DNA of 64,000 nt from Tubiluchus corallicola (taxonomy: Eukaryota > Animalia > Priapulida). Within the stretch, counting starts at the first letter, position 1. Each line of letters begins with the position of its first letter. The translations under genes were made by a program, and so were the position numbers. Below are positions 12,067-27,000 of this stretch, piece after piece. The stretch is from the NCBI GenBank assembly GCA_030141605.1, contig JAQGDQ010000259.1, positions 124,001-188,000 on the forward strand. The letters run 5' to 3'. The notes beneath the pieces were generated by a model that was given only the letters and a program-made list of their open reading frames with translations, searched no databases and was not told where the DNA came from.

Positions 12067-15000
12067 TCAGGGAAGATATTCAACATAGTTTTCAGGGATT
12101 AATCCAGTCTTGCCATTCAATGTGCCCTGAAGCCAGCCAGGTTCACGTGATGGTCTCACTGAAAAAAAGAGTTTAATGAACAATAACTTCAAAGCAATTG
12201 CTACAAATTTTCAACTAAGCAACTCTTGAGAACTTCTCTTTATTTCAGGCAACACTTAACAGTCAATATTATAACAGCTACTCTAATGTAACTACCATAC
12301 CAGACGATTAACTAGTTTGTTTAAAGAAAAACCGGACACAATCTTAAGCTACAGCTCAAAACAATCTCTTTAAATATTGAAAGGAAACATGGTATTTTTT
12401 CAAGAACAACTTATGTGAAAGAATTATTATAGCATGAACACAACTTTGCGACTACTTCTTTGCTGTAACATATATTTTGCCATTTTCTAGTTAGATGGGC
12501 ACTAGTGCTTACATCTCAGAAACACGTTGCACAAAAAAATAGCCGCTGTAGCTCTTAGTTCAGATCTGTTCAGTTGTGACGTAGTGCACACGTTCAAGAG
12601 CTCATAATACATGAGCAGAGGAGCAAATGCGAAATTTGAATTTTAAACTTAAAATTTACCAAGTTTTTGCATATCGCACTAAATCTACAGTATCTCTTAA
12701 ACTTAAATTTCCACTTTGGCAAACACATGCAACAGGCTCATGGAATATTTGAGCTGTTGAACATTATGTTCAGTTGTTATGTCATTACTAGTTGGGCTCG
12801 CCTGCCATTAAATAAGTTTTTAACCCATTATTTAATTATCAAAAATGTTTTGGCATTATCATAGGTGTTAAAATGTATACTTTGTACCTTACTTCAAAAT
12901 GGGGTAGCATCCTGTTTTCCTTTAACTAATTATGAAGTCATAATCAGATTTTCACTAATTATTTACTAAAGTACAGTAGGTCACGTGTGATTAGTCTGAT
13001 CAACTAGAAGTAAAAAAATAGTGAACAAACAGAAAGACTTACCATTAGTTATAATTTGATTCGGTTCAAAAGACAACTCAGATTCATTTTCAGCCTGGCA
13101 AATATACAATGTCCTTACCCGTCTGCGAAAAACAAGTTTTAAGAACTAAATTAACAATCTTGGAACAATAAGTGGCATCTTAGTGCTCAGATTCATAGAA
13201 ATTGCAAAGCAAACTCATTATGCTAGACCAGGGGTGTGCAAATTATCTGACTAGCCGGGCCACATTAAACTTTCCCGCAATTCCTGCGGGCCACAGGCAG
13301 TTTGATCAAGGAGCCAAGTACAGAAAGGCCTAATAACGATTTTTTTTGCATCCGGCCTGCGTACATCATTACTACTACACTCAAGAAACTATTTTAGAAG
13401 TTATTAAAATTTATATTAGAAACCATATATTTCTACTTTCAGGACAGATAGTGTAACTTTCATTACAATGTATATTAGTAATGTACAGTCTGTGTAGTAC
13501 AGTGACATTAAGCTACAACCGTCTTGTAAGGGTTAATGGCATCCGATTTAGTAGAAAAAACTACCCGCACTATCTTTGGGATCGTGGCATGGACTTCAGT
13601 TGGATACACTCAATTAATCGCCCGGGCCGCACTTTCATTAGATTGACAAATCTCTTCGCGGGCCGCACAAATTCTACAACCACCACATGACATGTGGATA
13701 AAGCAAAACCGTCTGCCATACCAGTTCAGTAAATTCAGTTGATATTATGTATACTTTATGCAAATATGCATTAGTCAGTGAGTAGAGTGATTTATTAGGA
13801 GAATCTTGCTTCGGAACAAGAAAAAATGAACTAGGTAAGGTTCTAGCTGGCTGTTAAAACTGTTACTATTACATTGGCATGGGCTGCGAGGCATTGTCAA
13901 GTCTACACAAATGAGTTGACTGGTACACTTAACCTATGACCTTATAGGTCATGGTCATATAAGGTCATGGTCAAAAACCTGTAACAAATCATCATCAATT
14001 GCTGGAACTGTTAAAAGGCTTACTGACAGTAAGTATAAAGTCTTCCTAAAGAAAAGCCAATTATGAAAAAATAACTATACCGAGAAGTAGCAGTTTGCCC
14101 TGCGCTTAAATTACTGAGACTTGTGGTGCTCCTGCATTAGAAATAAAATATAATGTTATGTATTTTAATATAACAGTTAACTGGTTATAAGGTGATGACC
14201 ATTAGCAATTAAAGTTAATTTAATTAGACTGCATATTACTGTAGAAATTTTAAAAGCTCATGGAAAATAGTTACCAGAAATTTTAAACGAAAATTAATCG
14301 TAATTTTAACAATTTGAGCAAAAGTGAACTATTTCAATTACAATTTGATTGTTAAAGAATGAAAATAATATTTCATTGAATGTGCAAACATACAACTACA
14401 AGCAGGGAGAACTAGAGGAGCACGCACAGTATAGCACTATCAGCAACAAAAATAATTTACAAGACTCCAAATTTTAATTTTTTAGAAAGTTTTGTCGGAA
14501 GACTAACATTGGCAAGAAATGTACAACAATAAGTTGACTTCAAATAAACTAACAAATGCAACACTGGCTGTTATCATAACTACAGAAGCAGAAAAATGCA
14601 TAGAATGGTCTAAAATGGTAATAAAATAATAATAATAAGCAATACTATCAATATAACAACCACAGATATTTTAAAAAAGTTACAGGTTTTAGAAGCCAGC
14701 TACTAGCAAAACAGAAAACTAGCAACACAGAAGTTTTAACGATTGCCAAATGCAGCTACAGGCCCTGTGAACTTACGAAGTGGACAGAACCGAATCTACA
14801 GACTGTCTCTTCTTAACGTTAGCCAAACTGTGCGAGAATTGTAAGAGATGCAGATAATATAAAGAATCCATAAAGTGTATTTTAAGTTAGATACAACACA
14901 TGCGAAAACTAAGACTGGATTAGTCATTAGTAAAAATGAGTACAGTAAGTCCTCGCTTAACAACTCCATATTTAGCGACATTTTGTTTTAACAACGCTGA

Positions 15001-18000
15001 ATATTTGACACCTTTTCCCACTTAACGATGCATGTTTAGCTTTAATGACAATTTTTTGCTGTGGTCAAAGCAATTTTTATTTTATCAACGACTTTTATAC
15101 CAAAATTGAAGCACTAAAACAGTATTTTGCACAATTCTGCTCTAAAAATGCACTACTGATGTAAAACAGTACAATTATATATGTTTTTGCATCCCAACTG
15201 ATTGATAAAATTTGCTAGCCGTTTGTATCAAGCCAGATCTATTTGCAAATTATACCCTCCAAAAACCTGCATGCAATTGAAGTCTTTATAGAAAGGCATT
15301 GTGCCTACAATCTGTACCTAGATGAAACTGTCTCAACACAGTGTTTAACCACTAAACTGGATAGGGCTTCAATGTTAACTAAAGAGAAACCGCTAGCTAA
15401 GTAGCAGTAAAAAAGATAGATGGCTTCAAGCAAACAGAAAGAAATTAATCAGTAGAAATATGAATAAACTCGTAAAACATTTAATTTCTATGAATTAAGC
15501 AGCATTGATTTTTGCCCCTGGAACGCATCTAAATTTATTTGCATTACTTTTTAAGGAAGTCGTCCTTCGTTTAATGGCGTTTCGCTTAACGTTGCGTTGC
15601 TGAAATGCATTGGCATTGTTAAGCGAGGACTTAGTGTACACTAGTTGTGGTTATCAATACCCATCACAAAGAGCTATAAAAGAGCAGTTACACTGTCAAA
15701 ATTATTAATTCACATCTACTGTGAAACTTTATAAACAGACTATTTCATAGAGTATTTAAATTTGCTATGCATCAAATAAAAAACAAGATAAATCACAATG
15801 TAACAAAACATGTAGTGCTACTAAAATACTTACATCTGTTCAGGTCTCTGATAAGTTGGATAAGTAGGTCCATACTTTAAAACTGAAAAGAAAAATGAGC
15901 ATGTAAAATATGAAGAGATACAATGTAAACACTTTTATTTATTTAGTCACCTTCATATACAAAGAAGACTACAGGTAGTCGTCGACTTGCAACATAGAAC
16001 ATTCCAGCAAATTGGTTGTAAAATGAATTTCACCGGAAGACGTTGTGTGTCTATGTGCACTAAATATGGCGGCACTTAATTTATCAAAACAGATAGCGAT
16101 TCAAAGCTAATTTGTTTAAAAAAATAGAAGAAAATAAGAGATATAGTTAGTTTTGTATAACTAACAAATTAATTTGATGTTGGGTCATAAAGTTGAACAA
16201 TCGTAAGTCACATAGGTCGTAAGTCGACGATTACCTGTATTGAAAAATATATAATAATAGTAGATCAGTAGTTAAAACACATAAGTGTGAAGTAACAAAA
16301 GTTAGTAACAAGAAAAACTATGTCAGCAGTAATTTAAGTAACCTAATTAATAAAAGCTAGTCGAAAACATAGAATTAGGAGGCCAGAAAAAGGTGAATAC
16401 ACCTTAAGCACATATAGAACAAACCACCTTGCAATGATAACTACCAAGCCAATACAAAAAAAAAACACTTAAATACTTACGTTGTTTTTGGTTGAGCTGA
16501 GGTGATGATGACGAGGAATGTGTGTGATTACTCATTAGAGAATTATACGATGATAACAATGATTCACTACTACTGCTTGAGCTGCCCGTTGTGTACGTAT
16601 TTGGTAAAGGAATGTCTAATAAAATACATTATATATAAAACCATCATTTACATTGCAAATATACAACCAAGACTTGTTTCAATCAAACATACAAACCTAT
16701 ACATTATAATACATAAATTCACACATAACATCAATATAATAGCATTCTTGAAACCATACAGATTAGTGATTAGCAATAAAAGAATACTTGATTTCTATGA
16801 GTATTGTATGAAAAATGTATTATATTCTTCAAACTGTAATACGTGGCTAATTCAATTTACGATCTTTTGGAAATTTTTGCAAGGCCTCACTAGTTGACCA
16901 ACCCGCATGCTCGTTACTCTATGTTTATTCTTTGAAGAGAAGATTGGAATAGAAAATTTAGTCACCTATGTTATACACATATCCTACCAGTGCAAGTAAC
17001 TCTGAGAAATATTTTCCCTCTAAACAGTCCAATGATTTTGTAGCTAACTATTACAATACAGCAAATTTTTGGCCCAGTTAAAGTGTTAAAAAAATGAAGT
17101 TCACACCATGACGTATAACATGATATTACACTGATAAACAGCTGCTGCACAAATTCATTCAACACATTTATATATATAAATACTGTGTAACTTGCCTCCA
17201 GCTGCATTGCTGTATATCGGAGTTGGACGTGCTTTTCCAGTTGCCTGAGACCGGCTCAGCGCAAGTATGACAGCAGACGGTACAGACGTTGACATAGCCC
17301 CATCATGTTCTCTTGATATGGAGCGATTTGGGGCAAGCGGAGTGACAGGAGCACTTGTAGATGAATCGTCTTGCACAGGCGTGTAGTGGGTCGCCTTTGC
17401 TGGTGCTAAAACAGAGAATTACAATTTACACATAGATTTACAAGTCTTATTGTTACTTTTTCTTTAGTTTTTATCAGCCAACCTTGCACTGCACTTGTCA
17501 TTTGCTTATTTGTACCCAGCAGAGTGCAAAAATAAAACAGCATCTTCCATTATTTCACGCTTTTTTCACTTTATGTTACTGCTAAAACAAAACTTGTGAT
17601 TCTACAATTACTAATGCCATGTTGCACAGTTACGGTTTCTGTCAAGTTTTTTTACACTCTCAAGTTACTTCAAGCAAATGAACTTTTTTACACTCTCAAG
17701 TTACTTCAAGCAAATGAACTTTTTTACACTCTCAAGTTACTTCAAACAGATGAACTTTTTTACACTCTCAAGTTACTTCAAACAGATGAACTTTTTTACA
17801 CTCTCAAGTTACTTCAAACAGATGAACTTTTTTACACTCTCAAGTTACTTCAAACAGATGAACTTTTTTACACTCTCAAGTTACTTCAAACAGATGAACT
17901 TTTTTACACTCTCAAGTTACTTCAAGCAAATGAACTATTTTACACTCTCAAGTTACTTCAAGCAAATGAACTTTTTTATACCCTCAAGTTACTTCAAGCA

Positions 18001-21000
18001 AATGAACTATTTTACACTCTCAAGTTACTTCAAGCACACGAACTTTTTTACACTCTCAAGTTACTTCAAGCAAATGAACTATTTTACACTCTCAAGTTAC
18101 TTCAAACAGATGAACTTTTTTATACCCTCAAGTTACTTCAAGCAAATGAACTTTTTTATACCCTCAAGTTACTTCAAGCAAATGAACTATTTTACACTCT
18201 CAAGTTACTTCAAGCACACGAACTTTTTTACACTCTCAAGTTACTTCAAGCAAATGAACTTTTTCATACCCTCAAGTTACTTCAAACAGATGAACTTTTT
18301 TATACCCTCAAGTTACTTCAAACAGATGAACTTTTTTACACTCTCAAGTTACTTCAAACAGATGAACTTTTTTACACTCTCAAGTTACTTCAAGCAAATG
18401 AACTTTTTTACACTCTCAAGTTACTTCAAGCAAATGAACTTTTTTATACCCTCAAGTTACTTCAAACACATGAACTTTTTTACACTCTCAAGTTACTTCA
18501 AGCAAATGAACTATTTTACACTCTCAAGTTACTTCAAACAGATGAACTTTTTTACACTCTCAAGTTACTTCAAGCAAATGAACTTTTTTACACTCTCAAG
18601 TTACTTCAAGCAAATGAACTTTTTTACACTCTCAAGTTACTTCAAGCAAATGAACTTTTATACACTCTCAAGTTACTTCAAACAGATGAACTTTTTTACA
18701 CTCTCAAGTTACTTCAAGCAAATGAACTTTTTTACACTCTCCAAGTTACTTCAAGCAAATGAACTTTTTTACACTCTCAAGTTACTTCAAACAGATGAAC
18801 TTTTTTACACTCTCAAGTTACTTCAAGCAAATGAACTTTTTTACACTCTCCAAGTTACTTCAAGCAAATGAACTTTTTTACACTCTCAAGTTACTTCAAG
18901 CACACGAACTTTTTTACACAATCAAGTTACTTCAAGCAAATGAACTTTTTTACACTCTCAATGCACTTCAAGCAAATGAACTATTTTACACTCTCAAGTT
19001 ACTTCAAGCAAATGAACTATTTTACACTCTCAAGTTACTTCAAGCAAATGAACTATTTTACACTCTCAAGTTACTTCAAGCAAATGAACTATTTTACACT
19101 CTCAATGCACTTCAAGCAAATGAACTATTTTACACTCTCAAGTTACTTCAAGCAAATGAACTTTTTTACACAATCAAGTTACTTCAAGCAAATGAACTAT
19201 TTTACACTCTCAAGTTACTTCAAGCAAATGAACTATTTTACACTCTCAAGTTACTTCAAGCAAATGAACTTTTTACACTCTCAAGTTACTTCAAGCAAAT
19301 GAACTATTTTACACTCTCAAGTTACTTCAAGCAAATGAACTTTTTACACTCTCAAGTTACTTCAAGCAAATAAACTTTTTCTACACTGTCTAGTTACTTC
19401 AAACAGAGTTCACTTTCTTTATGTGATTTTTACCATTTAAAAGGCAAACAGCAAAATATTAACATATAAAGTCTAAAGTAACACATGGCAAGTAATATAT
19501 GCAAGTTTATTTTCTTATAGAAGGCAGCAAAAGACAATTATTGGGCTAAAAAAGAACTCAAACAGTAGTAGGGTTTACTTACTTAATTTTTACAAACTTC
19601 AAGGGGTATAGCCAAGTTTTTTATTTACAGCTGCAAAGTTTTCCTCAGTAAAATAGCATTCTAGCAAAATCATTAGTGCAACTATTCTACTTGCTGATAT
19701 TGTAGATTCTTGGAAAAAAAGCCACTTTTAGGAGGTTAGCAATCAAAGACTACAGTACATACCTGGTACATACGTAGCTGCAACAGATTTTGTTGCCTTC
19801 TCCCCTGATCGTGGTCGATGAAGTGAATTGACATTCGAACGAGAACTATGATTTGGGCTGACATTGGGAAACCCAGCATGAGTAGGACTAGAATTTGGTA
19901 AGCTGCCTCGAGGACTGCCAGTACTGCGACTTGTCATGCTAACATTGTCTTGATTTTTCTCCTCCGCACTCAACTGACGTCGTAACATGACATCACTGCC
20001 ATCGGGAGGGCCTTGGAAGAACTGAAAACAGGTTCAAAGAAACTGCAATTTCATAAAAATCCTAGCATTATTTGAAAAAACTCAATGAAATAAATTTGAA
20101 CTGAAAAACATACGCTTTATAATGAAGCACCATGATTTACAAAATGATTAATACTAGAAACATTTCATTGTGTTCTTAAAAGCTTTTCACAGATTCTTTA
20201 TTAATATCTACTACACAAAAATTACTACTACAAAACATTTTTCCACCTGCCTGTGTGAAACTCAAAGTAAATTAACATGTCAGAAAGTTCTTTTAACATT
20301 AGAATTTCATTTGCAAACTTAATCTACTAGTGTGCAACTAGAATACTTGTATGCATCTACAGTATAGTCTTTTATACAATTACATTTTTGAGCACCTTTG
20401 CCTAAAATAGCATGACGTAATAACATCCAACTATTCTACCACCACAAACAATCATAATGCTAACGATGATGTCATTTGCTATATGTATGCGAACTAAAGT
20501 GATTATTGCTCGAAAGACATTTCCTCCAATTAAATCACTCACCCTATCACAATGACGAATGAGAATCTCCACGACAACATTGCAGAATTTGATATCCATA
20601 ATGGCCGCCACAGTCTCCTCCTCTGGACGCATGAGAGTAGGACCAAAGCACACACCTAAGTTTGCTACTGTCATCAAATTGGAATGACTTCGTTCTGCAA
20701 CCCTGTCAACATAATTTTTCGTATAAAATGAAAAAATCTCAAAGGCAAAATACTGATTTTTAAGTGTTTCCCACTTGGGTATAAACCATGCATTCATAGA
20801 CACTCATTACAAAAAGCAAAACTAAAAATCACCAAGAAGGCAACAACTTAAACTGTAAGCAATAAATCTACATACTTTGTTAAATGGCGAATCAAAAGCT
20901 CCAGCATTTTACGGTTAAGTTCAGGTAACTTGTACAGCAATGCATGAATATCATTGACTCGACGATGCTGTGATTCTTGTTCTACAAGACAAACATAAAT

Positions 21001-24000
21001 TCAACTGTTAAAAAAGTCAGTCACATCTTATAAAGCTTGTCAATTTAAGATAAAGAATGCAAATTGCTACAAAAGAAACTAGTATTATATACTTCAATAA
21101 TGGTAACATTAAAAGGGTGGTTGACTTTGGTAACTTTTAGTTTTTTGCCACCCTTTCACCAATCACTTGAACATCACTAACTCAGATAATTTACTCATTT
21201 AACAATCTTGTCACTAATAATTTAATAATCTTGTTGAGAGGCTAGGACTGTGTCGTGTTGAAGTTGTCATGATGTAGTGTAAATATGATATTATATTATA
21301 GTGTTAGTGGAAGCAAGTAATACTATGCTCGAAGTTTATAGTTAATTATAACTGGTGAAGTTGGCCTGCGAGATTTGGCCCACAAGCTTTGCATAAGCCT
21401 ATCTTTTGCGTGCTTTGTATGTTAGCCATCGGTGACCATGCAAACTGCTAAATCACAATTTTTTGGGAAGCAGCTGCTCGAGCCTACATACATCTTGCAC
21501 TAAGATTTTATTAGTGTATAAACTATGCCAGCTGCGTCACTGTGTTATAGTTTAACAATATTAAAAGCCAGATGCAAGTACTTGTTTAAAAGATTTAGGT
21601 GCATCCATTGCCTCCATGGAACACTGAACTACTTTTTCTGTGTTTCGCTGTTTGTTGCTATTTTATAAGTTAACTTATATAATAGTGTAGGCTTTTTGGC
21701 ACATTTTGTGGAGGTTTATTATTGGTCATAAGCTGCTTAATCTTTTTTTTATAGTTTTTAAAATATATTGTCATATCAGTCCTAATACCATCATACTAAA
21801 TTATGTTGTTGTTATATGTCCTGTATTTAGTGTAAAAGGTGATAAATAAATGACTTACTTACTTACTTACTAAAACCTGACATAATAAAGAGAATACATA
21901 CTGGCCGCTGCCACGAAAGCATTGTGGTACTGAAACATCATTAAAGGTTCTGGCAAGTTCCTAAAAAGCAAATAAACAATTATAATAGTTTTTCTTTATA
22001 CACAAGGCCACTAATGGCAAAAAAGTTAGAATAAAATGGTGAAAGTATAAATACATTTACTAAGAAACGGAGAAATAAAATCAATTTGTTAGTAACAGGA
22101 GATAATTAAGGTTTTAAGAAGATACTAAGAAGTTAACGGTTTTCTTGAAACAGACAAAATTATAGTTTCACGATACAGCTTTCAAGATGATTTTAATGAA
22201 CTAAACCTGAATTATTTTATGGCAGCTTCAAAAACTAGATACAGCAATACAAATATAAAAGAATACTTAAAATGTTCTTCACTAAATATACTGTATATAC
22301 AAAAAAGGCCAAAATGGCACAACATTATAACCAAATTAGAACACTAACAATAAAAAATACAAGGAACACCACAAACCGAAGCAAGATTTTGTTCAGCAAG
22401 TATATTTTTTTACAAATCTCACAACTAACACTCACCGTAAATACTGTTTCAAAGCGCTAGTAATAGTTTTAGTTTCCCATTCAGCATCATCTAGATCAAG
22501 TTTCTCAGATTTCCGTCGATCTGCAATACGGTTACACAAAATAGCTAAAATGTAAGGATATCAAAAACCCTATAGATGCTCAATGCAAGCTTTAAAAACT
22601 CCTCTCCTTAATCAATTTAACAATAATTAAATAGCATTAAAAATAGAAATGCCTCGGCAACTTTCAACAGTATTCACAATATAACCCCTTCGATGCCATA
22701 TTTGCAAATTCTGACATGCTTTAAAATGTGCTTAATAAAAAACATTTTCAAACATTTAATAAACTGACTTACCTAAACCTATTTGGAGCAATTTATTAGA
22801 CTTGGAACTAACACCAGCTATCCGATATAATCCCTGATCGTCTAACCCTTTCTTCTCTATAGCTCCTATGCACTTCTTTACAAATAAGAAACCGGTTTCA
22901 TCTAAAGATGCTAAAACGATAAATTTATTATGTAATGAATGTCGACGAGAAAATAAAATTAGTAAAATGCAGCATCAGTCTTCCAATTTTAAGTTTCTTA
23001 GTTTCTGGGCAAACATTTCCATGGGTTACATCTCAAACCTAATCCAAAAATGCTTAGAGGAAAGAAACGTTAAAAAGAGATTAGTGTTGTTCCAAATCAA
23101 AGGTGACAAAGCATGGGTTAATGTTGGGTGATCTATTTCAAACTCTAATGTAATAATATCCAAGTTTAGTTTACACTTGATCCGTAATCTCAAATCAAGC
23201 ATAGATTGACTTGCGACGCAATGAAACTCGCCTCAACTGACAGGAAGCAGTCGTAGATATACATGCAGGTTGATTGCGATTGAATTCCAGCAATTAGGAA
23301 CATACAAAAATTCCTGCGAGTCGCAATACGGCTCAAGTAGACAACGATTGAGCATACGTGAATGAAAAAGGTCTCTGACCAGACCACGTGACCAGACTAC
23401 AATTATCGTTGAAACTGGGTGGATACTGTATGCCGTGAGTAGAACCAAAACAGCACGCTGAAGCTAAATTCTGTTGCATCGTAAGCTTGCTTATGTCAAC
23501 TGGATATACACAGAACTAGCTGCGTACCATTATGCTCCTTATAGCAGCCAGTTGCTTTCAGATGCGCTGTATCGCAAGGTCAACCTAAGTGTGCCTTTAC
23601 AGATAGAAATTAAAGCAACTTTGAGAGAGTCAGACTAAAAGCTATTTACAATTTCTAGTGTACCAAAAGGAATTATAAAGTCATGAAAATTTTTGACAAT
23701 GAAAAAACTAGCAAGTGAAAAAAATAAAAAAACTGAAACAATGTTAAACATACAATCACTACAATGTACACATTTAGTGAAGAAAACATTCTACCCTCAC
23801 ATGTAATAAGCATACAAAGATATAATGATTTGCATGGAACTGAAATACAGTTACTACCAGACTTCTAAAATAGCCAATGATGCATTTAAAGTAAAACAAT
23901 CACAACAGTTTGGGCTACAGACACTTACTGCCTTCAATCTTTGGCAAGCCTACACCAGCAGCATGGTAAATCTGAAAAAAAAAGTTTAAAAATTTTTGCC

Positions 24001-27000
24001 AACAATAACATTCAAAAAAGTTAATTAATCTAGAATCTACTGAACAAAAATTATTCTCATTAACCAGGGATGAGAATGACAAATTGCAAAAAATTCTGAA
24101 ACAGGCCGGGGTTTTGGAGCCGCCTAAGCCCCCAATGGGTTTGAGGGGCAACGCCCCCATGGGGGTTCAAGGGGGCAAAGCCGCCTTGGAGCCAGCAACA
24201 GATTGCAACCAATTTTGTGACCATAGAGAACCTTTAAGTGGACTTAAAATATCAATTACCTTGTTTCATACATAATTTAAAATACCCAACTATCAAGGAT
24301 ACATGACACCTAATTGTCTCAAAAACGCCTAATTACTGGCCGCTCCTATGTAAAAGTATATAAAAATTGTCTGCAATTGACTCAAATAACTCCACACAAT
24401 TGATTCTATATTTTTATACATAGAGATATACATGTGGTTACACGGAAGTACGTGATGTAAACAAAGTAATGGCCTGCCAACTAGCAGTCAGCTTGTGAAA
24501 TAATGTACTGGGTCCGTAAAAATTTTCTCAAAGAATTTAAGCAATTTACAAAAATGACATTACTGGTCTTCCAAAAACTCGGAATTCCATGTATCCGCGG
24601 AAAATTCTCATCCCTGATTAACATGTAAACCAATGAGTCTAGTAAGTTTACAACACTAAAAATCAGTTATAATAGTGACTAAAAGAAGTCGGAAATTTAC
24701 TTCTTCAAACTCCATATCAATATTCTTTACAAAATCACTGTAAAGCGCACTAACTACAGAAACACATTTTCTATTGCGTAAAATTCTATCAAAACTTAAT
24801 TTACAAGAAACAGTACACACCGGTTCAACACCATCCATGGCATCAATCCACTGTCTTCTATCATCTTCCGACAATGCCTGCAACGTTAATGTTCCCGGTC
24901 TAACAGAAAAAACACAGTGTTAATAGTATATCTTGGCAATAGTAAGTAAAAATTGTAAATGGCTGATAATATAAAATTAATAAAAAAAAAACAATTGCAC
25001 ACGAGAATTTTCCATGAATTGACACCCCACCTCTATTGTACTAGCAATATATTTATTTAGCTATGCTTTTCTTTTAAATACATCTAACATAAGTAATCAC
25101 CAAAATTATACTAAATATTAAAAAAGCACACAGAAAGCCAGCAGTAACAAAAAGCTGTTACTACTAAGTTTTCCTTCAATTTTATGCTTCCAAAACAAAA
25201 TGAACCTGCACTAGTAACAGAACAGATAGCTATTCCAGTGAAGTTTGTAGAAGAAATCGCATACCTATCATCCGCAGTTATATCAAAACAGAATCTTTTA
25301 TCAATAGACTCTGTCATTCTGCGCACACAACTCTCCACTTTAAACATGTCTGATCCACTCTGGAAAAAACTTATTTGTGAGAAACAAAGCATTTCTACTC
25401 TAACATAATTCAGAAAATTTCAAGCTTGAGCAAAAAGCAAATTTTCTGGACAGACCAAAATTTGCTATTCCAACAGCAACAATACATGACAGTAATAAAT
25501 TTACATTACATTTTCAAAACTAACTTTACCATATTCCCCATAAAAACATACAAATATCAATTGCTACACCAAAGAAATAAATTACTATAAACTAAAGTGA
25601 ACCAACATAAATCATATTAAACAAACACTATATTGAAAGCTTCTGTAAGAAACAAAAATAATTATTTTGAGACTACAAAAGCATTCAACATTTTTTAATA
25701 CTATAAACTAATTTTACTTTACAAGGAAAAGGAGTACAGAGATACTCACAAATTTTGCCTGAACTTGATGATATGGAATAAGTGTAAAGACTTTAGTATC
25801 TTTCTGGTACATGCAGTAATGCTTCGTCCATTTTGTGCCAAATGCAGCTGAAGTGGAAGATGAATGCATATGAACAAGACGAATCCTTCCGAAATTTCTT
25901 AAACAATAACCTTAGACTAGCAATTATTAAAATGAGTGATTTTTACTTTCGGTAACAGCTAGTATACATATAGTAAAACAAAACTATAACATAAAACAAA
26001 ATAGTAAAATTTCTAAAATAACGTACTTTTTTCCATAAGAAACAGATATCCTTGTCTCGTGTACATCTTGTTAATGCTACCAGAGTCCATTGATTTCTGA
26101 AACAAAATGCTTGAACTGTTCTATTCAGTCAAAACTAAACACAAAGCATCTGAACAAGTTATTTTAACCAATTTAATTTATAACACCTAGCATATGTTTT
26201 TACAAAAAAACATAAATAAATAGTAGCATCAAAATAGAATGCGAAAAAGACAATGGGATAATTTTTTTCCCTAACAGGCAATGATGCAGGTAATCAACCC
26301 CAAAAATTAATTACATTTACACTATTGCAAATATATCAAAACAGGTTATCTAGTGCACATCAGTTATGTTAACACAATTAACCAAATTTCTATCACAACT
26401 ATGACAAATGTTCTATTAATTAGTAAAAACAAAGTGTCTAATGAATAATAAAGTTTTGTTGAAGGTGTACTGTTGAGCACTAAATGACATGCTGAATGAA
26501 AGTAGTTTCATAGGTTTTAGTACGGATATGAAAATAAAAAAAACTAAATTCACTTCTGTATTCAATTATCACTAATGTATGCTACTCCAAGCGAAACACA
26601 ATTTGAATCCATGAGTGATTGTAGTTGCTATTCTCTTCTTGTCACTTAGCAATTTTTCTTAGTGAACTCATAGCAAAACTTTTAGTTTTTACTATATTAA
26701 ACTAGGTTAATCCATTAATTAACTAAATTAAACTATTTAGCTAATAAACGCAAGGTTTCAAGCACAGTACAACTTTTAACAAATCAACAAAGATGTTACC
26801 CAACAGCATGCATACATACTAATACTACACAAAAATTTTGATAGAAATATGTGAAATAAATTTATCTTTTTGGTGTGACACTATGTGAAATGTGTAGCTA
26901 GCAGTCAGGCACAGATGTTTACACAGACAGTAAGCCCCATGCAGAAACCAAACTAGAAAGCAGTCCCAATTACAAACCATAACCAACAACTATCCAATAA

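Noticed and set aside
14777-14795. 19-nt micro-exon using an internal AG
   Set aside because: It shifts frame into a stop; the 51-nt version (to 14827) has a better acceptor and keeps the frame.
17596-19373. Long repetitive ORFs (388, 397, 204, 144 aa) as real proteins, or the array as CRISPR
   Set aside because: By-products of a stop-free 36-bp satellite. Indel units shift frame freely, the array is intronic and antisense to GRAF, and there are no unique spacers.
21230-21872. Possible retroposon 3' end (AATAAA plus (TTAC)n tail)
   Set aside because: The tail is suggestive, but no coding or promoter homology was visible to define the element.
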